Source: Selaginella moellendorffii
Taxonomy: Eukaryota; Plantae; Lycopodiophyta
Length of the DNA stretch: 64,000 bases
Direction: 5' to 3'
Assembly (NCBI RefSeq): GCF_000143415.4
Contig: NW_003314331.1
Span: 622,164 to 686,163 of the forward strand
Below the pieces are notes generated by a model that was given only the letters and a program-made list of their open reading frames with translations, did not search any database and had not been told where the DNA came from. Shown piece by piece: positions 61,281-64,000 of this stretch (position 1 is the stretch's first letter; every line of letters starts with the position of its first letter). Made by a program: the position numbers and the translations under genes.

Positions 61281-62620
61281 CTATAAGCTTGTCTTCTTCA
61301 AAGCCATCTCAAAAGAAGATGTCATCACAGATGATATCAGAGTACTAGGAACCACACCTTCTTGACCACATGCATGAGCCTGGCAGTCAAGAATGATCTT
61401 GCCTAGCCATGGCTCCACTCTAACCTTGGCCAGTTTTAATCCGAAGTTCATGAGCCTCCAGTTCTTCACTTCATCATCCTTAGCTATGGCTTCCAACCAC
61501 TACAAACTCATCATTGCGTGACTGATAGCACTGATGCTGGGAGGCTCCACAAAGATGAAGTTTTCCACATTAGTGCCAGAAGCTTGAGAACTACTATCCC
61601 CATGTGCAAACGGGAAATTTCAGAAGTCCCCAGCAGCAGACACTAGAACTAGTGTGCCCTGCATGACCAGCCTTTTGAGTGGTAGAGCTTTAACTGATTG
61701 CCATAAGCTCCAGAGTTATCATCCCAGTCTGTGGATCAAAGATGGCTTGCTTTGACAATCCTAGATCCACCACGTACCTAGTAGCTGAGAAAGTGAGTAT
61801 CAACTACATGGTTCAAGGAAGATCATCATAATCGTTAAAGATGTCTCAGTGATATTTGTTGCAAAGACTATCTTTCTTGTACCAGCTGATGCTGCCTCGA
61901 ATACCAGTTGCTGATCCTCTTGACGAAGCCTTCCATGAAACAAGCGCGCATGGCATATCCGTCTGGGATGTGAAAAAAAGCTATATCTCCATCCTCAACG
62001 TCCCTATGGAGCTCACAAACTCTTTCCATTGTCCTTGTTACATGGTTGTCGATGTTGGCATTCCTGCGCAGATCTCAACTGGGTACTTCCTTCCAGGAAC
62101 GACAAGTGTTCGATGCAAAAGTAGTCGCTGAAAAGTTCTGCATTGGCTGTAGCTGGCATGATGATGAGTCTCAAGTCCGACCATGCACGCATACATTCCT
62201 TCAGTACTGCTAGGAGTAAATCGATGCTCAGGCTTCGCTCGTGTGCTTCATCCACCACAATGCAGCTGAACCAGTTGAGATTTCTAGTCGAGAGATAAAG
62301 TTGAAGCAGTACGTGATCCATGGTGTAGACCATTTTGGCAAGGTCCTGTTGATCCCTGTATAACAAGGTGCCAATGGAATTTATCTTCTCGTAACAGCCG
62401 TGGCATTCTTTGGCAACCCGTCGAGTAAGAGCAAAAGCTGCTACTTTCCTTGGCTGTGTACAAAGGATGGACTTGAGAAACAACCATCACATAAATATTG
62501 AACGAGTTGAGTGCTCTTCCCAGACTAATCAACACAGTAACCTATAGATTAATGCAAAGAAACTAGATGATAAAAACTTCTGGAGGTTCAGGCCAGAAAT
62601 CATGCGGGGACGATCGCTTC
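61281..62620 (-). pseudogene. DEAH helicase pseudogene copy H6 (partial; sister of H4)
   Basis: CIVVDEAHERSL, CTQPRKVAAF, NFGLKLAKVRVEPWLGKIILD; same truncation as H4. Confidence 0.9.
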
Positions 62621-62759
62621 CACCTAAAACCCTGGGAGAAAAACGTTTGAGCGGGAACACGCCAAAAACAGTAACCTTTATAGCTCTCTAGTGTCACCCC
62701 GATGGTTTAATCTCCAAGGTCTAGATGCCTTTCCACTCCTATCTATTTTTACTTTATTT

Positions 62760-63717
62760 TCATTCATTCATTCGTATACTGTTTAGCAGAGAAGCATACT
62801 CAAACTCATCCAGTTCTCCTTTGCTCTTCAATTCTTCAATCAATGCTTCATCTGCAGCTGCATACCGGTTATACCCTGGAGGCATTTCTTCCTTGGATTT
62901 GTATAACTCGAAGCCTAGGCCTGCGTTGAGAAATCCATCGAGTCCCTGAAAAGCTTCCCAGATTTGAGATGCAAGAGGGCGGGGTGGCTCAGGCACAATG
63001 AAGATTCCCAAGGCTGGATGTTTTTTGCAGATCCGTTTGAGGTTTTCGTATTCAATCCGTTGGACGCAGAAACGAGGATGGTATTGCGGGAAGTCTGCTA
63101 CCTGAACGATATAACCCACCTGAAAACGTACACAAATAAACATACAAAGAAACAGAGAATAGAAACTGATACAAACTCCAAGATGAATTCTCTTCATTGG
63201 TCCAGTGTAAGTCCTCTCTGCCCAGTCCTCATTTCGCAGGGGATCTCTTGAACAGTGATAAGTATCGTGTCCCTTCGCTAGGCAGAGGTAGCATTTCTTT
63301 TGTTCATGAGCAAAAGGATCCACTCCAGGCTAAAACAAAAAAAAAACAAAAAACAAAGAGTCAAAAATTCAATAAGTGAGCTTTCTTACCCCCTTGCAGT
63401 GTCTTTCCCAATGACCTCTCTGCTTACATCTTCTGCATTGGTCGACGAGTAATCCCTCCTTCTCACCGGGACGATGAGTTCCTATGATCTCGTACCTGTT
63501 ACAAACAAAAGCAAGTAAACATCAAACCATATAACCTTGCTTACCTTGCTTGCATACGATCGTAATCGTCCTCGATTGCAAAAATGTCCACCTCCTTCGG
63601 CTTTTCCTTTGTGAACTTCCTGTTGCTGCTGCCGCCGTCGTAAGCCTTCTTGTGCTGCCCGTTGCTGCTGTTGCCGTCATAAGCCTTCTTGTACTGCCCG
63701 TTGCTGTAAGCCTTCAT
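62760..63717 (-). CDS. Zinc-knuckle protein copy ZK6 (4 exons; long C-terminus subtype)
   Basis: Intact exons, nearly identical to ZK5 except for clustered amino-acid changes. Confidence 0.8.
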
Positions 63718-64000
63718 TTTCGGAAAGAAAATGTCCAGAACCAACAGGGAGCTATAAGAGTCCGTTCTTGTCCTGCGGTATTGAAAACCAGCTTTAATTC
63801 ATCATGTGTATCGAGGATCCCTTACCTGGACAATACTATCAAAGATAGCCTTGAGGAGAGCTTTGGAACGCGATGTAGGTACCAGATCGGCAAGAATTCC
63901 TGTAGCAGCCTGCTGCATTGAAAAGATACGATGGAAGACCGTATCACGGAGGGCCTTGAGGAGCGATGTAGCTCCGTGCAACACGATCACAGGCGACGGC

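Larger units (their letters stand above)
55010..64000 (-). repeat. Segmental duplication copy B (gypsy remnant with TRIM nest + H6 + ZK6)
   Basis: Colinear with 45420-51360; runs to the window end. Confidence 0.85.

Overview
Eukaryotic, gene-dense plant DNA with very short introns (about 45-70 nt). It is most consistent with a lycophyte such as Selaginella (inference only), and there is one 100-N assembly gap at 10581-10680. Recognisable genes: an intronless Arg-rich H1-derived protamine-like sperm basic protein (37-483), an AHK5/CKI2-like hybrid histidine kinase, ATG101 head-to-head with KEEP ON GOING (KEG), a SAC8-like phosphoinositide phosphatase with a U12 AT-AC intron, and an intronless PAO5-type polyamine oxidase. 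About half of the window is a locally amplified module. It contains six copies (five apparently intact) of an unrecognised 4-exon gene encoding variable-number KAYxGSSNGQH repeats, two CCHC zinc knuckles and an orphan C-terminal domain. It also contains six differently deleted pseudogene copies of an RRM-DEAH helicase-RING(RBR) gene, in tandem and inverted arrangement. Two decayed Ty3/gypsy remnants belong to a segmental duplication. One of them carries a nest of three TRIM families with target-site duplications, including an intact Cassandra-like element whose LTRs carry a 5S-rRNA-derived segment. The most interesting signals are the rapidly diversifying zinc-knuckle family, the protamine-like gene, C>T/G>A hypermutation at an inverted-repeat centre, the Cassandra nest, and an in-frame uORF in the PAO5 leader.
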